Shown here: piece after piece, positions 1-9,485 of the stretch
How positions within the stretch are numbered: position 1 is the stretch's first letter
Layout: each line of letters starts with the position of its first letter
From: Ignavibacteriota bacterium
Lineage (GTDB): Bacteria > Bacteroidota > Ignavibacteria > Palsa-1295
Length of the DNA: 64,000 nucleotides
Direction of reading: 5' to 3'
Assembly: GCA_963787835.1 (NCBI GenBank)
Contig: CAWBEI010000002.1
Location: forward strand, 320,001-384,000
Notes under the pieces: model-generated
What the model saw: only the letters and a program-made list of their open reading frames with translations
What the model was told of the DNA's origin: nothing
Database searches by the model: none
Translations under genes and position numbers: made by a program

Positions 1-59
1 AAATAGAATGTGCCGATGTATTTGCATAGTCTTGTAATTGAAAAAATGAAGAAGAACGT

Positions 60-1040
60 TTAATGTGTAACGATGATACGGCGAACCTCCGATGCTGTTG
101 CAGTCGAAAGCCGGGCGAAATAAATTCCGTTGGGTAGATTTCCCGTCAGGAGGGGTACATCGTATTGCCCCGGCGAGTATCCTCCATCGAACAGAGTGGA
201 AACTGGAGTCCCCGATGCATCGAAGAGCTCGATCTGCGCACCCCCTCCATCCAGCGTAGAAAAATGCAAAACAGTCTCGCCGGCAAGGGTTCGTTCTACA
301 TAAAATGAAAGTGGATCCTGATTTGCGGGATATAATTCCGCCACACTCCCAGCCGGACTGGATACGTAGGCAACCATTACTAAATTTGGATAGGCATAGA
401 GAGTACTGGCGCCCAAATGCTGACCGGCAAGGTAATATTGATACGCGGTGGAATTCACTCCATAGGGAGTATCGAGCAGCAGTCGTGATCGATCCCGCTC
501 ATCGTCGAGCGGAAGTTGCGTGGCAGAGGTCAGCGAATCGATCCATACGAAGGATTTCGTTTCTTTGGGATAGGGAGCAACCTCCGAAACAAAGAAATCC
601 GTATCGGCGATCGCGATATGGCTCATTGGGAACGAATAGAGCTCGGCCGTATCCTTTTTGTACACGGTATCCACGTAAGAGCCCGTGTAGGGAGAATTGA
701 AATTCGCATACGGATGGCCACCCGTCCAGGCCACTGGAACTGCTTCCACGAGGATATAGGCGTCCGCGCCGAAGCTATCGGTCGCCATGAGCACCGACAC
801 GCTATCAATGAACGTGTTCGGGTACGGGCAGGTAAAGCGTTCCGAATAGCCAATGATGGTTCGTGCAGTGTCGGTCCCAGACGTCGCACCATAGGTTGCC
901 GGCAACGCCAAAAAAGAATTCGTCGTTATGAGGTTCTGATTGAAATAATATAATTCAGTACTTTTTTGCTGGCACCATGCCGGTGCAGCGAACATCAGAA
1001 CACTGAAACAAAAAAGGACGCTGTTAATAAAAAATTTCAT
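60..1040 (-). CDS. Secreted protein with T9SS type-A-like C-terminal sorting domain
   Basis: Signal peptide MKFFINSVLFCFSVLMFAAPAWC (ATG 1040 preferred); C-terminus IELFDASGTPV...LPNGIYFARLS...RRIIVTH fits the T9SS CTD pattern. Confidence 0.75.
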   Translation of the reverse strand: MKFFINSVLFCFSVLMFAAPAWCQQKSTELYYFNQNLITTNSFLALPATYGATSGTDTARTIIGYSERFTCPYPNTFIDSVSVLMATDSFGADAYILVEAVPVAWTGGHPYANFNSPYTGSYVDTVYKKDTAELYSFPMSHIAIADTDFFVSEVAPYPKETKSFVWIDSLTSATQLPLDDERDRSRLLLDTPYGVNSTAYQYYLAGQHLGASTLYAYPNLVMVAYVSSPAGSVAELYPANQDPLSFYVERTLAGETVLHFSTLDGGGAQIELFDASGTPVSTLFDGGYSPGQYDVPLLTGNLPNGIYFARLSTATASEVRRIIVTH

Positions 1041-1080
1041 ACCAGAGAACACGTGCTAATAAAAAAAGATACGATAAAGA

Positions 1081-1116
1081 AATGGAGGGCGTTGCCTGAT
1101 GCAACGGCCCTCCATT
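1081..1116 (-). terminator. Hairpin, probable terminator between the two T9SS genes
   Basis: AATGGAGGGCGTTGC-CTGAT-GCAACGGCCCTCCATT inverted repeat. Confidence 0.5.
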
Positions 1117-1151
1117 CTAATTACTTCTATCGAAACCGTTCACTCATCGTC

Positions 1152-2729
1152 TCATTGAACGATGAGGTTCGTCGTTTGGGTTTCAGACCCAGCCTGGACC
1201 AGGACAAAGTATAATCCCGAGCTGATCGAGGAGCCGTTGATCAGCAGGGTATGAGACCCTGCCGACATCGCCTCATTAGCAAGCTGCAGTACAAGGTTGC
1301 CCGATCGGTCAAAGACTCGAACTGTGACTTGTGCACTGGTCTGAAGGCTCAGAGTAAGCGAACTGCTAATTCCAGCCCTTAGTGGGTTCGGCACTAATGG
1401 CTCGACAGACAGATTTCCCCCACCTCCGACCTGTTTGCTTCCAAGCTTGATAGAATCTATCGGTGGAAGCCCACCACCGCCGCCAACTGGATTACCTCCT
1501 GGAAGAATCAGTCTGCCTGGAAGGATTGGATTGGAGGTGCCACCACCCGTTCCAACCTTACTTGTCGAATCATTGGATCCACCGCCACCAGAAGTGCCAG
1601 TAGTATCCTTACCACCACCGCCGGTATTAATGGTATCGTTACGACCTCCGGTTGTATCCGGCGGTAACGGAACAATGATAGTGTCCGGTGGGATCGGAAT
1701 GATAATGGTATCCGGCGGGAGCGGATGAATTCCCGTATCAGAGCCATGATGAGCATTGATAAGGCTGTCTAAACGATGCCAGAAGAGGGAATCAAAGCCC
1801 GGTCCACCACCGGTGGTATCTCGGTGACCTAATCCACCAGTATCCGGAGGCAACGGATGAATACCCGTATCAAGGAAGTGATGCCCGAGGAACAGGGTAT
1901 CAAGCCGGTGCCGGAAGAGCGAATCAAAGCCAGGACCACCGCCGGTCGTATCATGATGACCTAACCCACCAGTATCCGGAGGGAATGGATTAATACCGGT
2001 ATCAGGGCCATGATGGGAATTGATGAGGCTGTCTAAACGATGCCGAAACAGCGTATCGAAGCCTGGTCCGCCGCCTGTGGTATCACCACGACCGTGACCT
2101 AATCCACCAGTATCCGGGGGTAATGGATGAATGCCGGTATCGAGGAAGTGATGTCCCTGGAACAGGCTATCCAGCCGGTGACGGAATAGAGAATCAAAGC
2201 CAGGGCCACCGCCAGTGGTATCCCCGTGACCATGACCTAATCCACCAGTATCGGGTGGTAGCGGATGAATGCCGGTATCTGGACCGTGATGTGAATTGAT
2301 GAGGCTATCTAAACGATGCCTGAGGAGTGTATCGAAGCCGGGTCCTCCGCCAGTCGTATCGCCATGACCTCGACCAAGGGTATCCGGAGGTAATCGATGC
2401 ATGCCGGTATCGGGGCCGTGATGTGAATTAATAAGACTGTCTAGACGATGCCGGAAGAGCGAGTCAAAACCCGGTCCGCCGCCGTTCGTATCGGGCGGAA
2501 GCGGGTGATGGTTTGTATCCGGCGGCAAAATTCCGGTATCGGGCGGAAAAGGCAAAATACCCGTATCCAGCCGATGATGTGCATTGATGATGCTATCGAG
2601 CCGATGCAATAGCGTGGTATCACCAAAGTGAAAATTCGAATCCGGACCACCACCTGGCTGTGCAAGACCCAATGAAGGGCTGACCGCAAAAAGGGCCAGG
2701 AGGATAAATAATTGAAGCGTTACTTTCAT
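1152..2729 (-). CDS. His/Gly/Pro/Asp-rich tandem-repeat secreted protein with T9SS CTD
   Basis: Signal peptide MKVTLQLFILLALFAVSPSLGLA; six GGGPGFD(S/T)LxxHRLD...DTG repeats; CTD VPNPLR...VRVFDRSGNLV...SSGLYFVLVQ. Confidence 0.8.
   Translation of the reverse strand: MKVTLQLFILLALFAVSPSLGLAQPGGGPDSNFHFGDTTLLHRLDSIINAHHRLDTGILPFPPDTGILPPDTNHHPLPPDTNGGGPGFDSLFRHRLDSLINSHHGPDTGMHRLPPDTLGRGHGDTTGGGPGFDTLLRHRLDSLINSHHGPDTGIHPLPPDTGGLGHGHGDTTGGGPGFDSLFRHRLDSLFQGHHFLDTGIHPLPPDTGGLGHGRGDTTGGGPGFDTLFRHRLDSLINSHHGPDTGINPFPPDTGGLGHHDTTGGGPGFDSLFRHRLDTLFLGHHFLDTGIHPLPPDTGGLGHRDTTGGGPGFDSLFWHRLDSLINAHHGSDTGIHPLPPDTIIIPIPPDTIIVPLPPDTTGGRNDTINTGGGGKDTTGTSGGGGSNDSTSKVGTGGGTSNPILPGRLILPGGNPVGGGGGLPPIDSIKLGSKQVGGGGNLSVEPLVPNPLRAGISSSLTLSLQTSAQVTVRVFDRSGNLVLQLANEAMSAGSHTLLINGSSISSGLYFVLVQAGSETQTTNLIVQ
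1720..2660 (-). repeat. Coding tandem repeat, about 6-7 units of 135-141 bp
   Basis: Recurring ccaccagtatc / ggatgaat.ccggtatc / aaacgatgcc blocks; boundaries approximate. Confidence 0.8.
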
Positions 2730-3073
2730 GATATCTTTATTATTCGATAAATCCAATTTTTCTTTCCCTATTCTCAAAGAACACTATCTTTGAGATTAAG
2801 GTTTTTTCAATGATTCTGACCCGGAAGAACAATAGGTATAATAGCTGACAAGCATTCGACGCCGGCAATGTCTCTTTGGTTTAATTTCCGAAGTGGAAAT
2901 TTTTACTGCCTTCCGGAAGAGGACCAAAGAAAACTACCTGCTCCAATTTTAACACCGAATGGATGGAGATATAACGAATTATTTTTCTAAATTTTTGTGT
3001 TTGTGGTGTCCGATTTAGATTTTTCCTCCTCTTACTCGAAAAACGGCATCGATTATTATATCAGGTTACTCAC

Positions 3074-4255
3074 ATGGCACAGGAAATACTCAACCCCGTC
3101 AGCGCTTCCACTCCAGCAAACGGCAGCACAAAAGCTGCACCTGCAAAAGCAGGCCTCGAGGACGTCGTCGCTGGAACCAGCGACATTTGTTTTCTCGATG
3201 GTAAGCACGGCATCCTCGCCTATCGCGGATATGACATCCACGATCTCGTAAAAGGCTCCTTCGAAGAAACCGCGTACCTTTTGCTCTTTGGCAAACTACC
3301 GAACGAGGCCGAATTAGCCGAGTTCAGCGGAAAGCTTGTTGCCAGCCGCAACGTACCGGCGCAAGTCAAGCAGCGCCTTTCGGAGTTCCCGCGCAACATC
3401 CATCCGATGGCGGCGCTGCGAACTCTTGTGAGCGAGGCGGGCCTCTATGATGTGCAGGCGGAAGATATGTCCCGCGAGGCTAATATCGAGAAGGGCATTC
3501 GGCTGATCGGCATGCTGCCGCTTCTCGTAGCTTATTTCGATGCCGCTCGCAATGGCCGAGCTTTTGTAGAGCCGAAAGATTCCCTCGGCCATGCCGCAAA
3601 TTATTTGTACATGTTGCTCGGAAAAGAGCAGGATGAGGAAATCGTTAAAATGTTCGACTCCGCGCTTACGCTTCATGCCGATCACGAGTTTAATGCTTCC
3701 ACCTTCACCGCGCGATGTATCGCGGCGACTCTTGCGGACATGTATTCTGCAGTAACCGGTGCGATCGGCGCACTCAAAGGCCCGTTACATGGTGGCGCCA
3801 ACAAGCAAGTAATGAAAATGCTGCTGCGCGTAGGCGATCCGGCAAAGGCGAAAGAATGGATCACCGATGCGCTGGCTCGTAAAGAGAAGGTCATGGGATT
3901 CGGGCACCGCGTCTATCGCACCGAGGATCCTCGCGCTACTCATCTCCGCAAATTCTCCGAAGCCATGGGCAAGCGTACCGGCGAAATGCAATGGTTCCAG
4001 ATGTCCAAGACCATCGAGGAATTTATTCTTCAGGAGAAAAAGCTGTACTCGAACGTCGATTTTTATTCAGCGAGTACGTATTACCTCATGGGTATTCCAC
4101 TGGATCTCTACACGCCGATCTTCGCGATCAGCCGCGTATCTGGATGGGTGGCCCACATTTTGGAGCAATACGCGCATAACCGCATCATTCGCCCGATGGC
4201 CGAATACACCGGCCCAGTCGATCAGGTGTGGCAGCCGGTGGAGGCGAGAAGTTAA
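3074..4255 (+). CDS. Citrate synthase / 2-methylcitrate synthase (short dimeric type)
   Basis: GLEDVVAGTS, LHADHEFNASTF, GPLHGGAN, MGFGHRVY, DPR and NVDFYS motifs. Confidence 0.93.
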   Translation: MAQEILNPVSASTPANGSTKAAPAKAGLEDVVAGTSDICFLDGKHGILAYRGYDIHDLVKGSFEETAYLLLFGKLPNEAELAEFSGKLVASRNVPAQVKQRLSEFPRNIHPMAALRTLVSEAGLYDVQAEDMSREANIEKGIRLIGMLPLLVAYFDAARNGRAFVEPKDSLGHAANYLYMLLGKEQDEEIVKMFDSALTLHADHEFNASTFTARCIAATLADMYSAVTGAIGALKGPLHGGANKQVMKMLLRVGDPAKAKEWITDALARKEKVMGFGHRVYRTEDPRATHLRKFSEAMGKRTGEMQWFQMSKTIEEFILQEKKLYSNVDFYSASTYYLMGIPLDLYTPIFAISRVSGWVAHILEQYAHNRIIRPMAEYTGPVDQVWQPVEARS

Positions 4256-4277
4256 TTCGAGAAAATTCTTTCGAATG

Positions 4278-4309
4278 AAAAAGCCCCTGAAATTATTCAG
4301 GGGCTTTTT
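4278..4309. terminator. Bidirectional intrinsic terminator
   Basis: AAAAGCCCCTGAA-ATTA-TTCAGGGGCTTTT between convergent genes. Confidence 0.8.
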
Positions 4310-4323
4310 AATTTTATGAAAGA

Positions 4324-5739
4324 TCAATTCGCTGGCCGCGATCGTATCCGATTCCCTAATCCCCTCACCCACTTCCCTATTTTTAACGGGTGCTCCGAAG
4401 CCGCGCGCCAGGTGAGGAATATACCTGTAAGCAGCAGAATAAGATTCCCACCCCACATACCCCAGAACGGAGAGATGACTGCACGGTCGGCAAGCTTTTC
4501 ACCGCCAATGAGAAATACCCAATAGAGTACGAAAAACCCGATGGAAAGCCCGGTTCCTGCACCCACGCCGCTTCGTTTCGCCAATGCTCCGAGCGGGATA
4601 CCGATCAAGGCGAAAATAATACACGATGCCGGGATCGCATATTTCTTGTGGGTCTCGACCAAGTAATTGTCCATATCCTCCTGCGTTTCACGCAACGAAG
4701 AAAAATCGTTCTGCATCGCAAGTTGATGCGGGGTGAAGAGATCGCGCATGCGGGAAGCGGTCGTCGGGTTGGAATGCTCTGGCGGCGGCTTCGGAGGGTT
4801 TAACGAGGTCATGGCTGCAGCAAAGGCCTGAAGATGGGTCTTCCAATTACCGATCTCCCGCGCTTGCAGTCCTTCATCGGCATGGACCTTTTTCATCAGA
4901 TCGGTCGCGGAGAGTTCCCTGCCGCTGCGCTCCGATTCGCCTTCGTGCATGAAATCGTATCCACTCGTCGGAACTTTCACGATATACGTTCCGAAATGCC
5001 CGCGCCGGTATTCCGTGGGTTGCGAGGCAAAGACCTCGTGCATTTCGCCATCGTTCAGCGTGAGAATGATACTGCGAAAATCCGGCGTGAACGAGAGATG
5101 CCCCGTCTTCGCGGTAAGCACGCGAGATTCCGAAGGATCGGCATGATCGTAGATCGTGACATCCCCGAGATCGTTCGTTTTCGGATCGACGCGGCGAGAG
5201 AGAATGGAATAGCCGGGAATTTCATCGCCCGTGGTGAACGTACCCGGCTGAATAATAAGTGATGGCTTCTTGCGATTGATATCGGTCATCAGATCCTTTG
5301 CGCGATGGTTAGCATCCGGCAGAATGATGTTATTAAACTGAAGATCGAACACCGCGACGAGCGCACTAAGGATCAGCACAGGGAACATCATGCGCCCGAG
5401 GCTGACGCCGGCGGCTTTCATGGCTGTTAGTTCGTTCGCCGCCGCCATAGAGCCGAACGCCATCACGCCCGCAACCAGCACTGCCATTGGAACCGCAAGC
5501 ACGACCATCCATGCCAGATTAAAAACGATGAGTTCGATGATCGTCCACAAACTTAACCCGCGCCCAACGATGCGGTCGATGAAGCGCATCAGGAATTGCA
5601 ACAAAAACACGAACATGATGACCGAAAGCGCCATCAGGAAGGGCCCCGCCGCCTCGCGGACAATATAGTCCCAGATATGCGCGGAAGTCTTCCACCACCG
5701 GTGGCGTCCGCTCAAGCTTTGTTTAATTTCATGATCCAT
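4324..5739 (-). CDS. lptF: LPS export permease LptF (LptF/LptG family)
   Basis: IWDYIVRE..PF, NELTAMKAAGVS, VETHKKYAIPAS..FALIGIPLG; start placed at ATG 5739. Confidence 0.85.
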   Translation of the reverse strand: MDHEIKQSLSGRHRWWKTSAHIWDYIVREAAGPFLMALSVIMFVFLLQFLMRFIDRIVGRGLSLWTIIELIVFNLAWMVVLAVPMAVLVAGVMAFGSMAAANELTAMKAAGVSLGRMMFPVLILSALVAVFDLQFNNIILPDANHRAKDLMTDINRKKPSLIIQPGTFTTGDEIPGYSILSRRVDPKTNDLGDVTIYDHADPSESRVLTAKTGHLSFTPDFRSIILTLNDGEMHEVFASQPTEYRRGHFGTYIVKVPTSGYDFMHEGESERSGRELSATDLMKKVHADEGLQAREIGNWKTHLQAFAAAMTSLNPPKPPPEHSNPTTASRMRDLFTPHQLAMQNDFSSLRETQEDMDNYLVETHKKYAIPASCIIFALIGIPLGALAKRSGVGAGTGLSIGFFVLYWVFLIGGEKLADRAVISPFWGMWGGNLILLLTGIFLTWRAASEHPLKIGKWVRGLGNRIRSRPAN

Positions 5740-5995
5740 CTGGGTATTACACAATGCTTTCGCAGAAATCGCTCCTTTGTTTCGAATAAGCAGCCTGGTC
5801 AAGTCATGAAAACACAACAATAGTAGTGTGACACGTTTCACATCGTATTTTTGCTGCATGAGCAAACTACCCAATGCCGAGAACGCATTGGATTTTGTCC
5901 TCGTCGGGTTAGATCGTGAAGCTACCATACGAAGCTCCTGGATCGTCCTGCATGGGGAAACTTTCCCTCGGTTTGCAGGTTGTTCTATTCTATAG

Positions 5996-6244
5996 ATGCT
6001 TTCCAACACTCCCGTATCGCTTCTCGATGTGGTCGCGCTCTCGGAGCCGGTTCCGCAGAATGGCCTCGATGCAGGCCAGGTTGGCACTATTGTCGAAATG
6101 CTGGGACGCGATACGTACGAGGTTGAGTTTAGCGACGATAACGGCAGAACGTATGCACAACTCGCGCTACGACGAAGTCAGATCCTTCCCCTTCATTTTT
6201 CCGATCATCCCGAGCAACGTTCACCTTCGGAGCGGTTCAATTAG
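5996..6244 (+). CDS. DUF4926 domain protein
   Basis: LLDVVAL...GLDAGQVGTIVEML...YEVEFSDDNGRTYA matches the family pattern as I recall it. Confidence 0.75.
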   Translation: MLSNTPVSLLDVVALSEPVPQNGLDAGQVGTIVEMLGRDTYEVEFSDDNGRTYAQLALRRSQILPLHFSDHPEQRSPSERFN

Positions 6245-6384
6245 ATCGATTTAAGGACTGAAACGCTACCACCGGTGGTACTACATCCTAAATAATCACG
6301 GAGCGTGGGAAGATGACCCGGAAAAACCTGAGCGCAAGTAGCGAGGACGCACGAACAACGGGAAACTGATACAACCGTTACATC

Positions 6385-6526
6385 GTAGGGACGTGCTGCG
6401 CACGTCCACTCCCGGAGAATTAGGAGAGCTGCTATGATCTACTTTCAAACCGGACCGACCAATATGTATGCACAAAAATTCCGTGCGGCGTGGCAAGGGG
6501 GACGGACGTGCGCAGCACGTCCGTAC
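6385..6526. repeat. Inverted pair of GTAG/GTAC-type REP-like palindromes (REPIN-like)
   Basis: GTAGGGACGTGCTGCGCACGTCC at 6385-6407 and near reverse complement at 6504-6526. Confidence 0.75.
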
Positions 6527-8392
6527 GCCCGGACCGACCAATATGTGTGCACAAAATTTCCGTTTGGCGTGGCAAGGGGGACTGGAAATATTACGAAGGT
6601 CAGGTCCGCGCGCGTCGCTCGCCTGACCCTCTGTTTTCTGTTTTTTTCATTTTTTATAATCAATTCAAATACACAGGCACAATGGAAACTCCTCAAAGCC
6701 AGTCCCGGCAATTTCGAAGTAATATATTTTCTGGATCTTCCCGGGCCATCGAGAATAGGATTTCTGGGTGGTTTCGACTCTTTATTTAAGACTACTGATG
6801 GAGGCAGTACATGGAAGCCAATTATTTTTGATGACCCGAATGCCGGTTATGGGGGCGTTACTCGTTATAATGATATTACATTCAAGGATTCCATAACAGG
6901 ATGGGTGGCGACGGATTTTGGTGGTTTTAAAACAACTGACGGTGGTGAAACGTGGTTCTTGGTTACTATAAATGACAGTGGCTCAGGGGGCACCGTGTGG
7001 GGCATTTATTACGATAAAGTGAGTGATGGTCTATTCCTTTCTACATTTGCTGGTGCCGCACCAGTGTGGCATGGGTTTAACGAACTCTCCTGGGATGAGG
7101 GTGTAACGTGGAAACCTTTCGCATCTGTTGGGAATGAAAACTCCGGAGGTTTTGCCTTTGCCGACGGTAATAATGGTTTATTATCATGGGGTGATTATTG
7201 GCCTGCCCCGTGGTGGCGCACGACAGATGGTGGGCATTCATGGAACGCTTTATCATTTGATACAGCATGTTGGCAGCCATTGGCCATTGCTAGAACAAAA
7301 ACCTATTTCGCGGTTTCTTCCCCCGGAAATGTATTCCGAACCGATAACGCTGGAGACACATGGTCGCTTATTTACTCCTTCCCACCCCAAATTCGTATGC
7401 CAGACGGCCCTGATTCTGGACAAACGGGGAGTTGCATCCGGGGCAACTTAGATAGCCTTTATGTCATGGCTTGCTCTGGCTGCTATCTCTCTACCGATCA
7501 AGGACTTTCATGGAAATACCTTTGTGGTGTGCCTGACCTGAGAATACCAACACAACGTTTTTACCTTAGAGACAAATTGTTATATGTCATTGGCTTTGAT
7601 TCGACACGTTATGCTCAGCTTTGGATGCTAAATATAGATTCCCTCAACACGGTCACTTCAAGTTCGTCCGTGCAGTTGGGTAATGGGTTAAAGCAGGAAA
7701 CCATTTATTCGGGGGATACGGTACGGGTGTATTATCTTTCTGATTCAGGGCTTGGTTCTGAGATCGGGAGCGATTCAATTTCCATTAGCATTTCGTTCGA
7801 TACGAATTCACTTTCACTCGTGCGCTTTGTGCCCGATTCCGGTTGGAGCATCAAAGATTCTTCCTATTCAAACGGAACGTATCATTTGCTGCTTGTCGAT
7901 TCGGATTCATTAGGTTTAGATAGTTCCGCAGTCATTCTCCGCGCCGATTTTGCATCCTATTTATCATCCACGCCCCAAAGCAAGGTGTATCTGGATAGCG
8001 TGCATTTCTATGGTCACCGCCTGAACTGCGATTGCGCAGTAGCTTCGGTCACCGGCGCGGATTCCGTCGAAATAGATTTCGAGGGCTGCGCGGATTCGCT
8101 TCTTCTTGCGGCGATGAGTGGCAAGCCGCTGTTCACGATCGAGAGCATTCAGCCGAATCCGGCGCAGGATGAGATTACGGTGCATCTATCGGGGAATGTT
8201 CAGCCGGTTATCGAGATGTATGATGCGTTGGGCAGAAGTGTGCTAAACTGCAACCCGACCACCCCCCAGCCCCCTCCTTCTATAGGAGGGGGAGTAATTC
8301 TCGATGTGTCGAACGTGCCATCGGGAATATATTTTGTTCGGGTGTCGGCGGGTGGGTATGTGCAGTCGCGGAGCGTGGTGGTGCAGCATTGA
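6434..8392 (+). CDS. BNR/Ycf48-like beta-propeller secreted protein with T9SS CTD (true start probably downstream of 6434)
   Basis: Repeated Asp-box KTTDGGxTW; signal-like LTLCFLFFSFFIINSNTQAQW; CTD IQPNPAQ...YDALGRSV...VPSGIYFVRV. Confidence 0.8.
   Translation: MIYFQTGPTNMYAQKFRAAWQGGRTCAARPYARTDQYVCTKFPFGVARGTGNITKVRSARVARLTLCFLFFSFFIINSNTQAQWKLLKASPGNFEVIYFLDLPGPSRIGFLGGFDSLFKTTDGGSTWKPIIFDDPNAGYGGVTRYNDITFKDSITGWVATDFGGFKTTDGGETWFLVTINDSGSGGTVWGIYYDKVSDGLFLSTFAGAAPVWHGFNELSWDEGVTWKPFASVGNENSGGFAFADGNNGLLSWGDYWPAPWWRTTDGGHSWNALSFDTACWQPLAIARTKTYFAVSSPGNVFRTDNAGDTWSLIYSFPPQIRMPDGPDSGQTGSCIRGNLDSLYVMACSGCYLSTDQGLSWKYLCGVPDLRIPTQRFYLRDKLLYVIGFDSTRYAQLWMLNIDSLNTVTSSSSVQLGNGLKQETIYSGDTVRVYYLSDSGLGSEIGSDSISISISFDTNSLSLVRFVPDSGWSIKDSSYSNGTYHLLLVDSDSLGLDSSAVILRADFASYLSSTPQSKVYLDSVHFYGHRLNCDCAVASVTGADSVEIDFEGCADSLLLAAMSGKPLFTIESIQPNPAQDEITVHLSGNVQPVIEMYDALGRSVLNCNPTTPQPPPSIGGGVILDVSNVPSGIYFVRVSAGGYVQSRSVVVQH
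8261..8294 (+). repeat. ACCCCCxxxCCCCCTCCT-N-AGGAGGGGG palindrome, in-frame in the T9SS CTD
   Basis: Near-identical copies at 34013, 42124 and 51930. Confidence 0.85.
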
Positions 8393-8459
8393 CCAGGATC
8401 TCATAATAATTGTTGAATTTTGTGGCAGGTGTGAAATGTGTCGTATATTGGAGCATGAT

Positions 8460-8616
8460 ATTACAAGCACCTATTTCTCTGAGAACAAACATTGCATAAG
8501 TTCATGAAAGAAAGAGGTGAGTTCATTAAATGACAATTCAATTGAGAGTAATAGGCACCTTTGCTGAAAGAACAAATGGCGAATTCAGCACAGGAACGGC
8601 ACAGCTCATGAACTCC
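8460..8616 (+). repeat. Bipartite dispersed non-coding repeat (two related GCACCT...TTCAT units 87 bp apart), intact copy
   Basis: 8460-8540 matches the reverse complement of 32651-32731 at 75/81 nt; 8541-8616 resembles the reverse complement of 22213-22290. Confidence 0.85.
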
Positions 8617-8722
8617 AAAAGAACAAACACACGAAAAGCGTTGCAATGAGCAAACGGAATGGATCGATTTGAAACTATCAGCCAGCCGAAGGGTTTATCA
8701 ATGCTTCGATCTTTTGCTTTTT

Positions 8723-9343
8723 ATGAAATACATACGAATCCCATCCCTATTGTTTCTGCTTTCGGTTGCGCTCGGCAGCATCTCCGGCTGCTCGAAGAGT
8801 TCCACATCCCCGGAAACGACGGCCACGCTTCCCTCCATACCGACGGTCGGAAGCTCGTTCATTATGCTGGATAATAATTCGATCACCACGTATGATACCG
8901 TAGTTGCGACCACGCTTCTTGATACAGCTCATCATGGCTCGACCGTGAGAGAATTTAACGCAACCGATGCTTCGAATGGCGGGACTTATTCGATGTTTCA
9001 GTCCTTTCTGACCAATGGTGATCTGGCAATCTCAGGTACTTCCTGGGGCCCGACGGGTGTCTTTGAAGCGCTTCCGTTTGCGTCTCACACCACCGTTACG
9101 ACTACGTTTTTCGATCAGGGCACATCTTCGACCGATACGATCACGGCCGTTTATCATAGCGGGAGTGCAGCTTATGTGCTTAATAAGCAGTCCTACGCCA
9201 CCGATAGCGTGACCGTTACTGCGTATTCACAGGGAACGGTGCTTCAATATTACTATACATACATTCCCGCTATTGGCCTGATCGCAAATTATGCCAGGTC
9301 AGACGGATATTCCCAATGGCTCACATCCTATACCGCAAAATAA
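8723..9343 (+). CDS. Hypothetical lipoprotein, Thr/Ser-rich
   Basis: MKYIRIPSLLFLLSVALGSISG-C lipobox. Confidence 0.7.
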   Translation: MKYIRIPSLLFLLSVALGSISGCSKSSTSPETTATLPSIPTVGSSFIMLDNNSITTYDTVVATTLLDTAHHGSTVREFNATDASNGGTYSMFQSFLTNGDLAISGTSWGPTGVFEALPFASHTTVTTTFFDQGTSSTDTITAVYHSGSAAYVLNKQSYATDSVTVTAYSQGTVLQYYYTYIPAIGLIANYARSDGYSQWLTSYTAK

Positions 9344-9485
9344 TCCCAGAACCAACCGGCACGATTTCTTTGAAAACGTTGTACGTATTAATAGAGAAGT
9401 TTGACCTCATTTCTCGCGAAGAACCGGTCGAGCTTCTAAAAATCCTGAACCGCGCGTTCAAATAGTCGTATATTTGTATCGTTAC

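Noticed and set aside
1720-2660. Regularly spaced repeats as a CRISPR array
   Set aside because: Units are degenerate, in-frame coding repeats with no unique spacers and no cas genes nearby
5740-6087. 116-aa N-terminal extension of LptF in the ORF track
   Set aside because: Overlaps the opposite-strand DUF4926 gene; family similarity starts only after ATG 5739
8460-8616. Bipartite repeat as a dif site or integron attC
   Set aside because: No 11-6-11 XerC/XerD arrangement and no RYYYAAC...GTTRRRY-bounded hairpin seen
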